The notes under the pieces were generated by a model, which did no database searches, had not been told where the DNA came from, and saw only the letters and a program-made list of their open reading frames with translations. The position numbers and the translations under genes are program-made. A stretch of DNA of 64,000 nt from Macrostomum lignano (taxonomy: Eukaryota): positions 50,732 through 114,731 of the forward strand of contig NIVC01000358.1 in NCBI GenBank assembly GCA_002269645.1, read 5' to 3'. Positions 25,323 through 36,622 of this stretch are shown in pieces (position 1 is the first letter of the stretch; every line of letters begins with the position of its first letter).

Positions 25323-28300
25323 GCGAGCCACCAATCAGTCAGTCGAGTTGACAGTGCAAGTTTTGCCCAGTAGTTTTTTGTGATCAACAATGAACTTGAC
25401 AAAGTGTCTCATCCTCCAATTGTGCTTCTCAGAAATTTCCTAGCCACCCAAATCTCCCATGACCAGCCACCAAAGTCTCCCCTATACTCAGCCATGCACC
25501 CAAATCTGCCAAAACCAGCCACCTAAGTCTCCCCTACTCAGCCACCCAAACAGTTTCTCAGTTGCTCACATTTGCTCAGTTGCTTACCATTGCTCACATT
25601 TATTCACAATTTCTCACAATTGCTCTATGTTCTGTTTTTTTGTTTCTTTAATAAAAAAAATACAATTAAAGTGCTGGATAACTAAGACAATTATTCCACT
25701 ATTCAATCAATGAAATGAATTATGAAATTTTTCTGGTCATATATAATATGATTATATACTGCTTTAAATAACTTCTTTAATCTATAAATGCAGTACGATA
25801 ACTGCAATGAGGGGTTTTATTTAAGGATTCCACGTTTATAGAGAGAAATTTATTGTAAAAGAGCCGAAAATAACACAAACATGAGAAATATGTGGCCGGC
25901 AAAATGTGCCGGCCACTTAAAAAGTGGCCGGAAATGTGGCCACTTAAAAAATGGCCGGAAATGTGGCCAAACGTGGGACACTCTTGGCCACTTTTAGGCT
26001 ACTTGCGTTTGGCCACTTTTTGGCTACTTTTTTGGCCACATATTTTTTACAGTGTAGTGTTGGCACAATTAATCAATGTGTAAAGGCACCAGTGCAGCAG
26101 CAAGTCTTTGAAGCTAGTTTTATATAAATAAACTTCTTATTTCAGTGTACTCAAGCCTATACTTTGTGTATCTTGAATGCCTTTAAAATTCTAGTAGCTG
26201 TGCCTAGCCACAGTAGAATTATGCCAATGCTAATATTGATTTTGATATTTGTTTTCAAGAAGTTAATGAAGACAATCAATTAGCAAGAGTTGATAAATAT
26301 GAAAAGGCTTGGCAACAACTAGAATGTAGCTTTTAGCATGCATTTGGTGAATTTTCACATCTACAAAAATTTGTTGTTTATGTGGATATAGCAATATTGA
26401 TTTGTACTGTCTCTTATACCATTTGCTTGAGGTGTATAATGGCTACCTAGTTTCCATCATTGACATAGTCCTTTTCTCCAAGTTGAGCATTGGGATATAA
26501 GGTTTTAGGTAAACTATTTATAACAACTCAATTACTATTAATCAAAAAGCCATTTTCTATTTCAACATAAGGTGGGATATTTGTCACTACAGAGCATTTG
26601 TTGCTTGGATAGATAAAAAAATGCAACTGGCCCAAATCAAATAGCCACTACATCTGTGAGACTTTTAAATCTAAGAGGTGTAAGTCTCTAAAACTTATTT
26701 GTAGCTTAGTGATTTAAGAGCCTTTGGTTTATTTTAGGAATGTTGGAGGTTTGATTCTTAATCTCAAGCATTAATTATTTTTTTAATATATTAAAACTAG
26801 TATTCTAGATTATTTCTTATAACTTTTTTAGTTTAGTTTTTGTTATTAACAAAACCTTTTAGGATAAGAAGTTCCATACACTCTATAAATATGCACTTGC
26901 AATTGTATCTCAGAGTTACTATTTAAGCAAGGCTTTTGACTCTTATAGTCACACCATGAGACTGCAATTAGGCCTAGAGCAATTTCTATTGATGTCCTCC
27001 TTCAAATAGAATTGTTTGTTTGGCATGGAGCAATCACCCTATTTGCAGCTTACAAATACCATGCTGAATTTGATTCGCCCTTGTGGAATAAACTGTGTAT
27101 AAGTATCCTTATTTTTGCCATTTATAAGTTTTGCCCTTATTTTGCCATTAAATTTTATTAAAATTTATATTATTAGGCCTAGCTTAAAGTTGGCCGTATC
27201 TTTTTATATAATTAATTTAATGTACCTTTCCAAACCAATATATATTGAATTCTTAATATATTTGGTAGTTTGAGCCTTTCAGAAGCTCCTAAGCCATGTC
27301 CAGTAGACTAGAAACCCTGAATATCTAGCTTGATTTATGTCACATTTTTTGCTTTTGAATCTTGATTAATAGGCCTACATAAAACATAGGTAAAATTTAC
27401 CTAAAATGTAGGCCTAGTCTGATACAAATGATGCAGATAAGGCTCAAATGCTATATTGATTTTATTAGAAATTAGGAGTCTAGAATTCTGAAGCTAGATG
27501 CATATTATTTTTTGTATTTGTATAGGAATATAAATTTTGCTATATAATTTGCTTCCGTATTATAAGCTCTCATATTTTAGTTTAAAAGTTTGACTAAACC
27601 CAAGCATCTCAATTCTTACTTGCAGCTAGTGAGCAAGAAAGTTATCTGAAGACTTTCAATATTCCCAAGTTTTTCATGCTAAACACTTGTTTTGGTTTGC
27701 AACACTGAGCCTTAGTTATTAATATTACTAAGGTTATATAGGTTATAGGCCAAGGCCAATGAGGTTTATAAAGTTAAGCCGTACAATTAAAAAAATATTT
27801 TAAAAGTTTAAATTATTTTTTAAATATGTTTTAAATACAATAAGGCAGAAAGTGTGTATAGTATATATAGTTATAGGCGGCTATCCTATAGTTTTGCACG
27901 TTAAATTATTACCCCCACCCCCCACCACCCTTGAATAGAGGGCAAAATAATTCCGTAAAATAATTTAATGTGCGAAACTACAGGATAGCCTTATAGGCTT
28001 ATTTGTCATTTTGTCCATATATATTGAGATTTTCCTTTAGGTTTAAGCCCTACTTTATTTCAATTCATTTGGTTAATTCTAAATTAAAATAAATAGGCCT
28101 AATCTTTAGGCCTAACTTTAAAATAAATTTCTAGTTAATGCCTAGTTAAATAAAATTTTTGGTAAATAAGCCTTTTCATATGATGATTGCTTGTTTTGGT
28201 TCTAGAACCAGATCATATTTGTAAAGTATAACTTTTTGCCTCCTAAACTAATGAATAGGCATATAGCTATAGGGCTAGCTAGGCCTATATGTGCTATAAG

Positions 28301-29219
28301 TATTTGTATATATAAAGTTGTCATTTTTACTTTAGCTATAAGCCACACTCAGGAAGGTTACATGTAAGCTGGAATTTTCCGGCGTACCATTGAAAAGTTT
28401 GGCTATTTTGGCGTACCACTTTGGCGTACCACTTTGAGCTCGAGAAATTTTTGGCGTACCAATTTTGGTGAATAAATTCATGCCGTGTATAAAAATTGTA
28501 ATGTAAATTAACCCTTTTTAGTTTTAGTTTTTACATAAAATAAAGGAAAATTAGTATAGTCTAGAAAATAAGTGATAAACTTTCTGCTGTTTTAAAATTA
28601 ACAATAAATAAAACTTGTGTAAATTATTGCTAAGAATGTAAATTTTGCATTTTTTTCTGTAGGTTTAATTTAAGTTTGTTTAAAATGAAAAATTCGTAAT
28701 TTTTTGATCAAGAATTTTCGTACGAAAACCTTTCTTAGAAAACTCTACTCGTCAAAACCGAATGACCTTTTTTAGGAGGAATTTTTGGCGTACATTTTAG
28801 GGAATTTTTTTGTTTTTGGCGTTAAATTATAATTAAGTAAGTAAATTACACTGGCGTACATTTAGCTGAGATAGGATTCTTGTTCCGGCGTACACTACTA
28901 CACAATCTGAACCGTGGGCTATAAGTTAGAAAAAAACTTTCAAAGAAAGCATTCAAAGGAAACCCTTGTGATTGAAGGCTTGCCTAACTGTACAAAGCAT
29001 AACTGCCATAAGATTAAGATTTAAGAATATACGAGTTAACTGTAGGGCCTATTAATTACAGCAACATTAAACGTTCTGGCCCATTCCAAGTGTTTAAAGA
29101 ACAGAATTTACAGAATAGCATGCTGGACCACTGTTTTTACTATAATTAGGACGCAAAGATTCAACTCAAATTTATGCGTTATTAAAAGTCACAATAAAAC
29201 ACAATTTTTTTATAATTAC

Positions 29220-29578
29220 TATTTTTTTTAGAGGCAGGGGGGTTGTGTGCACCCTGGCGCACTTTAAGCGACATAGGCACACAACCGGCGAGAGGCATTA
29301 CTGCCCATTCCGCCGACTCCCCTGAGCAGGCATACAAGCGCGCGGATACATTACGCAGGCACACACTCACACAGGAGTGTACAGCGGCCCTAACTTTATC
29401 AATTGTTAGGCATGTACACTTCACTGCGCCTTGGGGGGTTGGCTCTCAAGGCCGTTAATTGCACAAGCGAGCCAAGCTGAAATTCCAATTCAGCCCCAAA
29501 TTAATGTGGCTGCACTTGGAATCGAGCCTGGGTCGCGGCACACCAGAGCAGCTGCGCTACCGCTGGGCTACGGCCCCC
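29220..29578 (-). mobile_element. tRNA-derived SINE with A-rich tail
   Basis: Minus strand starts GGGGCCGTAGCCCAGCGGTAGCGC (A box) and has GGCTCGATTCC (B box). The acceptor stem is mismatched. A GC-rich body of about 280 bp ends in AAAAAAATAGTAATTATAAAAAAA. Confidence 0.7.
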
Positions 29579-30241
29579 CTAGTTTAATAATATAATAATA
29601 TTATAATTTATAATAATAAATTGTTATTGTTTGAATAGAAAAATAAAATTGACCAATATCTGGTCTGTTATAATTAAATATTAAAGCTATATAAAGAACT
29701 TTAAAATTAAGACACCGTAAACTATCCGCGCCGGCGTAATGCGCGCTACAGTCACATGGAGGACAATGAGGCAAGGACGACTTGCAATCGTCCTTGAGTC
29801 CTTAAGTCGTCCTTGCAATGAGGCTTTTAACGAGGCTTTTCATATAGGGGCCTACCAATTCCAGAACCAAAATCATTTCGGATCTTTGCAGAAAAAAGCA
29901 GTAAAACTTTATTAGATGGTTGACTGCCTAAACAGCCTAATTTTGCCCAATTTTTTTCACTTTGGTCGTGAATATTTCTATTCAATATTTGCAACTTTAA
30001 TTATAGCACGCATTTTCCTTTTATTTTTTGGAGACAAAAAGTTAGGCCTATAGGGCCTACTTTACAAATTGGATCTGGTTCTAAAACCAGAGCAAGCAAT
30101 ATGAAAAGACCCAATGTTAGGCCATAGGTGGGGGTTGGATAATATCAAATTTTCGAGATTAAATTCTTGCTCATGTTCAATATTCAAGAATCAAGATTAG
30201 GCCTAATTTGCATAATTGCATAGGCCTATAGTAGGTAGGTA

Positions 30242-31487
30242 GGCAATTTTCCTTTTCCGTTCATTAAATTATTTTTTCAATTGAAACGTATTGGGAACAT
30301 TGTGAAACACTCAAAAATGATGTAACTAAACAGAACAGAACAGAACAAGTGTAGTGCTGATTAGTGTTCACTCAGCACTCAGCACTCTGGTCTCTGCAGT
30401 GATATTTACACAACGTAGTAGTGGGCGATCCAGTAGAGCATGTTGCCGAAGGTGTTGGTGGGATGCATTTTGTGCCACATTAATTCTTCTAGGTAGGACT
30501 CAAACAGAGCCTTACTAGTACCATGCATGGCACAAAATTTGGCCTTGCAGTGTGCCCATGTCCCCTCAATGAGGTTTGTGTGCATCATTGGGTCCTGAGG
30601 ATTAACAAATGCCAGCTAGTGGTTCACAACTTGGTGGTTCACACCTGCAGCCTAAAGCTAGGCATAAGCTTGCCATCTGTCCATTATGATGCGAGTTCCA
30701 GGAAGGACATGGCATTGGATGAGCGGCAGGAGGGTGGCAGCATTGCGTTGCGCAACTGGCACGAGTATACACTTCCTGGCCCCATGCTCTATCATGCTAA
30801 GCACACACTGACCGTCATGGTGAGCTCCTTGGTAGAACTTGCAGTAGAAAAAGTATGATTCATCTATCTCCACTTTGCGGCCGGGGCCACCAAGCTCAAT
30901 GGGATGGTCCGTGAGGAATTGGGTGCAGATATCACAAATGAAGTTCTGCCAATCAACAATTGCATTGTGGCCAATGTTGCTCTGGCGTTGGCACTTACCT
31001 TGCTTCACATTGGTTGCCCACTACCAGATTAGGTCTAGCAGTTGCGTCAGTGTCAGGTGGCTACCCTTGAAAAACGATCCCTTCCTGATTGACACTTGAG
31101 CATGACACCCAACATACGCCCACACAAGCCCATCAATGTAGCGGTCACCTGCACGCCATTGCAGCCGCATTGCCGGTGCTCCAAGACAGGCTACACAAGA
31201 ACATGTGTTGGCCAGCAGGTGGTATGACACCATCTAGTTGACAACATCTTGGGATATAGCCATGATGGCCCCTAGCTCTCGCATGGTAAAATTGATGTTT
31301 GTCAACTCCATTGCTAGTCGCACTTGAGCAGGGGGCATGATAAACTTTAGTGCAGCAGGGCGTCTAGCCATGTTGTTCAAGATACGATGATCAGGCTGAA
31401 AAGTTACATCATTTTTGAGTGTTTCACAATGTTCCCAATACATTTCCATTGAAAAAATAATTTAACAAACAGAAAAGGAAAATTGCG
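30242..31487 (-). mobile_element. Merlin (IS1595-like) DNA transposon, TIRs of about 86 bp, 8-bp TSD GGTAGGTA, decayed transposase
   Basis: TIRs 30242-30327 and 31402-31487. TSD at 30234-30241 and 31488-31495. Motifs SIRKGSFF, GGPGRKVEIDES, LLPLIQCHVLPGTRIIMDRWQAY and HTNLIEGTW. Confidence 0.9.
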
Positions 31488-33879
31488 GGTAGGTAAGTAA
31501 GTAGGGCAGTAGGCCTATCCTCTAATATAATAACTGTATAGGCTATTTTCACTAGGCCTAGGCCCTATTCTATCTATCAATATTGTTATTGTTAGTCTAC
31601 TTGTTGTTTAATGTTTACAGTGATGATAATATTAAAAAATAAGCTTGTTAATTACTTAATCAAGTTGATATAGGCCTATATAAATGTAAGTATTGATATT
31701 GAATAAAATTGGCAAGCTTCAAGTTTGTTTTATAAAATGATTATTTCTTATCATCCAAAGCTAAAACCCAAAAGTGACCCAAAATTTTAATGTCAACAAT
31801 GCAAGCAAGCATGTAATTGAGATAGGCCTATAGGCTATAGCTTATTCATTTTTATTCATTAAAAATATTCAAAAATGTCATTATTTATTCAGCTTATTTA
31901 GAGCTTTAAGTTCAAATTAGCTTCAATGAACAATAGCTATTGTGTAGTTTCAGCTAAGAGCAATACCTCTTCTTGGTCACAATGAGTCTCTTAGGCTTAG
32001 CATTAGGCCTAGGCCTAAAGAGATGTTCAGAATCTGTTTTTCAATTAATATAAAGCTGTGCACAAGACATGGCTTTTGGTGTTTGGGAGCTGCAAACTTG
32101 GGAGGTTTGTTATTAAATAATGAATGAGGAAGGTGATTAGTAGAGTTTAGATGGCAAGGCAAACCCATAAAACTCCATTAGCAAGAAAAGAGAGAGAGGG
32201 GGGTTAAAGTGGCAAACATTGAAGGACTGGGGGGGAGGAAGGGTTGGCTAAAGTGACAAGAAACAAAAAATATTATTTCTTTTCAGTATAAGTCCTTCAG
32301 CACTAAAGAGAAATTCAGAATCTGCACTAGAGGCAGGGCCAACTTAGGGGGAGGGGTTGAAGTCAATGAAAAAGGAAAGTGATCAGTGAAGCCTACAAGT
32401 TTAAGTAGCAAGGCAAACCCATAAAACTCCATTGCAAGGAGAGAAAGAGAGAGAAAGAGAGAAAGGAGGTTTAAAGTGGTGAATATTAAGAGACTGGGAA
32501 AGAGAAGAGGAGGGGTTGGCTAAAGTGACAAACATAAAGAAAAGGGGAGGGAGTTAAATGGGAGCAGATTTAGATTTGTCTCTTGTTTTCTATATTAAGT
32601 TGATGGGCTTATTATCAATTTATATAGATTGATTCACTAATTGTGACTATGGTATGTCTGGTACCCTGTCTATGCCCTAGCAGTGCCTAGGCCTAGTCTA
32701 GACTCTAGTGTTAAGATGATAAAATTTCTGACTTACCTTCCAAGCTGTTTCTTTCCTATCCTGTTTTGATTGAGTCACTATAGTCATTGATTACAATACT
32801 TACATTTAATTCAAACATTTATCTAACCCAATAATGAAATTAGGACATACCCAAACCTTTTATAGAAAGTGCAATATGCATAGCAAATGGTTTTAACAAA
32901 TCTTAAATAATACAATGAGACTCAAATTTTGGGTATCATTGTACCCAAAAGTGTAAATAGATAAGAGCAAAATAAATAGAGCAATAGGCTAAAGTTGTAA
33001 ATAAAGCAATAGATAGGCCTAGGATAATAAAAATAGCAATCAATAGATAGATAGATAGATAGATAAAGCAATAGATAAGACTTAGAATCTAGATCATTTT
33101 CTGATGCTGTTTCCTATCCCTTTTCACTTTTGGTCACAAACATCATTTTTTAGCCCATCTACCATGGCATTATGTTGCACAGTTGCAGCAACAATTCAAG
33201 CTTGAAAATATTATTAGGAAACAAACAAATTAGAAAATCACCATAATCTTATAATACCATAGCCACAAATCTCTAACTATAAAAATCAATAGTCATATAA
33301 TTACAAATCTCAACTTTTTTTCAAGATTTAAAACTAAGATGTCAAGTGCCAAGATCTTGACAATCAAGATTGTGAACAAGATCCCTAGCCATAGGCCATG
33401 AAAATTAGTTTTACAAAGATAGGTTCTCAAAGACCATGATATATAACTTATGATAGGCCACCTATTAATCACTTATATTGCTATATAAGCTAATGCTATA
33501 AAAACTTTGCAACTTGCAACAATGCTAAAATCAATAGGGCATATTGAACTTAATTTTATTAGTGTTTCTGCAATATAGGCATCTGTCTTTTTGAGTATTC
33601 AACCTATTTGTAAGCACTAAGCATGTCCAAAATATTAAAATTCTATTCAAGTAAGATACTTGCAAGGTTGCAAAGGCTTTCTATTTTATATCTTACAAGT
33701 AGAACTCCTTCTCAGAAGAGAAAAGAGAAGAACTTATATCACCAGAATTCTACAACAAAATACATGGCCTCACAAGCAAAGGTCACAGTTAGAGCAAGGT
33801 GCATCAGATGACACGTTGCAAAGCCTGGGAGCAAATGAAATCCACTCCGTTGGCAGTGTCAGGTGCCCCAGCATTACAC

Positions 33880-35780
33880 AGCAGGCAGTCCACGTATTGA
33901 TAGGTTTGGGCTTGACCCCGCCTTATTTTCACCCTGCAATATGAGCAGCAGGACGTCCTGAACAGGTTGGCGGCAGTAGCCCTCAGCCCGGATCACGTGG
34001 CCTGCCAGCCAGCCAGTTACCGCCAGCACAGGATGGTGGACAGGCACTGCAGCTTGGCCCAATTGTACAGGGCCTTGGTCATAATGCTCTCGTCAGCTCA
34101 AGTTACCCTTGAACTCAACACCGAGTCAAACGCCTTTCGAAAGTCAACAAAGACAAAATAATCAGCGTAGACTAGCAGATACGCGCCTCCGCGATGACCC
34201 GGCGGAGTGCAAGGATCTGTCATTGTACCCCATTGGGGCCGGAATCCGTTCTGCTCGTACCTCAGGTACGGGTCCAGCACCGACTGCAGGCGATCGAGAA
34301 GCAGACGGTTGAAGAGCTTCGCGGTGCAGGACATCAGCGAGATATCGCGGTGGTCTTCTTTCCGCGTTGCTCCTGCCTTCTTTGGGATCGGCACGATGTG
34401 CGCGACAGTCCACTGGGTGGGCGCAGGAGCGCCCGCGAGCACGCGGTTTATGACGCCTGTGACCTGGGAGGCCACACAGCGGAGCCGCAGCGTCTCGACC
34501 GGGACTTCGTCGGGGCCGAGCGCATTGCCGCCTGGCTCTTCACGTCGGGGCCGACTGCAGTGATCGACCTCACGGCGTCATCGACAGCAGCCTGCTGCCG
34601 CTCGTCTAGAAGGCGCTCAAACGCGTCTTCAGCGTCGCCTGTGGGCCGCCTGTTTCTGCGGAGTCGCTCGATGTTGAGCCGCGCCTGCCTGATGGTCGGG
34701 TCGCTCTGCCAGGCAGGCAGCGATTTTTGCGCTGGCCGCATCAGCGGGACCGTCTACTCCGCAGCGGCTCTAACGGCGGTGCTGATGTCGGAATACTCCG
34801 CCTCGCGCTGGTCTCCAAGCGCGCCGACGAAGGCACCCGAGAATTGACGCTTCACGCGGGTGTCCGACAGTGCGCGATAGTAGCGCCGTGGCCGCTGCTT
34901 TGGCGGTCGGTAGAGCTGGTCGCGGAGCCGCAAGTCGCAGATCAGGAGTCGGTGGTCTGACCGGGGAGCCAGCGGAGCCATGGTGTCGCAGTTGGTGACG
35001 CGGCGGCGATCGCGAGTGCGAACCAGCGCATGATCGAGTTGCGCCAGTTCCGCCCGCATGAGTTCCGTCACCTTTTGCAGCCCGTAAAGGTGACCAGGCG
35101 GGCAGGGGGCTTGCGGAACTGGGTGTTCGCGGACACCAGGTCCAGCCGGTCAAGCAGATTCTCCAGCGCATCGGTGTTTGGCGTTCTCGCGTCCCGCGAC
35201 AAAAGACGAGTGCTCGGACCTCCGCAGGACTGCGTTCAGGTCTCCGAGCACTGCCAGTGTGTCGCGGTTTGGCACCTCTTCCAGCTGCCCAGCCAGGAAG
35301 TCGAAAAACACGAGCCTCCTCGGGGTGAGCAGCGGTGGGTGCATACGCGCAGAACAGCCGGATGCTGTTCGACCCGCATCAGTCGCGGGACAGCGAGATG
35401 CAGTGCACGCTCTGCTGGAGGCGCGGTCCGATCAGCACGCCGACACCGCCTCGGCCGCGATCGTCTGTCGACGCGTACAGGAGGCTCCAGCCAGTTCCGA
35501 GGTCCTCAGAGTGGAGCCCTAGCTCAGCCACGATAGAGACCTCCTGCAGCGTGACGAGGTCCAGCTGTAGGTCGTGGGCCAGCTGGACAAGGATGGTGCG
35601 ACGCCAGAGGGCCTTCAGAGTTCGGCAGTTAATCGTGCCGAGCCTGAGGCGGCCACCTGGTACAGCTGGGGCCAGATGGAGGTTGGCCTCGTGGTCCCCG
35701 GCGCCACCCGGCTGATCCGTAGTTTGATCCATAAGACACTAGCAACAAGCGCCTGGCCGCGCCACAGAGTCGCCCTCGCC
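33880..35780 (-). mobile_element. RTE-like non-LTR retrotransposon (APE + RT), frameshifted, with the RT core deleted
   Basis: APE motifs LGTINCRTL, LVTLQEV, VLGDLNA, LDHALV and SDHRLL. RT N-terminal IVPIPKK..ISLMSCTAKLFNRLL..EQNGFR..VDFRKAFDSV joins almost directly to the C-terminal LAGHVIR motif. Confidence 0.85.
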
Positions 35781-36622
35781 GGTTGCGCTCGCAAGGATAC
35801 TCGCGACATGGACTCAGTATCACAGCATCTTAAATTGCGCACACATTTAATGAACTCAAAAGATTTTGAAAGCCAGATATGCAAAGAAATCAAACAACGC
35901 ATCTGATTCATTGTGAATAATTCTAGGAAAGACGGTGTATTTCTGCTTACTTTTGTTGTTGCTTCAGAAAACGAGCTGTCTTCTAATTCAGTCTATATCT
36001 GTCAAACACTGAATGCGCACTTATTAACTAACCCACGCAATAAGCCCAGCTTTTCCATATTAAGATTTTAGTATATAAAATTCAACACTTTGTGCAAGTG
36101 CATCGAACTCTTATCTGCTATAAACTGCCCAGGGCTAGATCTGTATATACATGACCCGATTCATACGAGTCTTCTAGCATACAGCATGGAAAGATATATT
36201 AAATATAAGAGTACCACCAACCAGTCTAACCGTAGCTGTTCGTTTAATGTTTACTTTGATAATTATTAAAATGCATTATTTAACAAGCAATTGCTCTTTC
36301 GTGTAGCTTAGAATGTCGATTCGTGTGCTCAGTGTGTGTACTCTCTTTCTCTCTGCCTTTAACTACATAGACTTACCTGTTGCTAGAAAAAAATGTTGGC
36401 GAGTTTACACACGGCAGGGTAGCTGCTGCCCAGTAAGTGGCTGCTTGACAGCTCCACAGCTCCCCGCACCTTCATCTTTGAAGCTTTTGCCTAGGTAGCT
36501 AATAAACTGGACAGGTCTTAACAGTGAATGATCTTCTTTATAATTATGTTGCTCCAAATTTCAGCTGGTGTGTTAATAAATTGAACAGTTCAGTAGAGAG
36601 AAGAGGTCAGTATTTAGACAGC

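Larger units (their letters stand above)
18836..26054 (+). mobile_element. CACTA/EnSpm-type DNA transposon, full length, with 2-bp TA TSD
   Basis: Left end CACTGTAAAAAATGTGGC (18836) and right end GCCACATATTTTTTACAGTG (26054), each flanked by TA. Clustered GTGGCC/GGCCAC subterminal repeats. Two internal coding regions. Confidence 0.9.

Noticed and set aside
29505-29578. Functional tRNA gene
   Set aside because: The acceptor stem has several mismatches, and it continues into a SINE body and A-tail.
32155-32532. Direct duplication of about 110-125 bp at about 250-bp spacing
   Set aside because: An ordinary local duplication with no coding or structural signal
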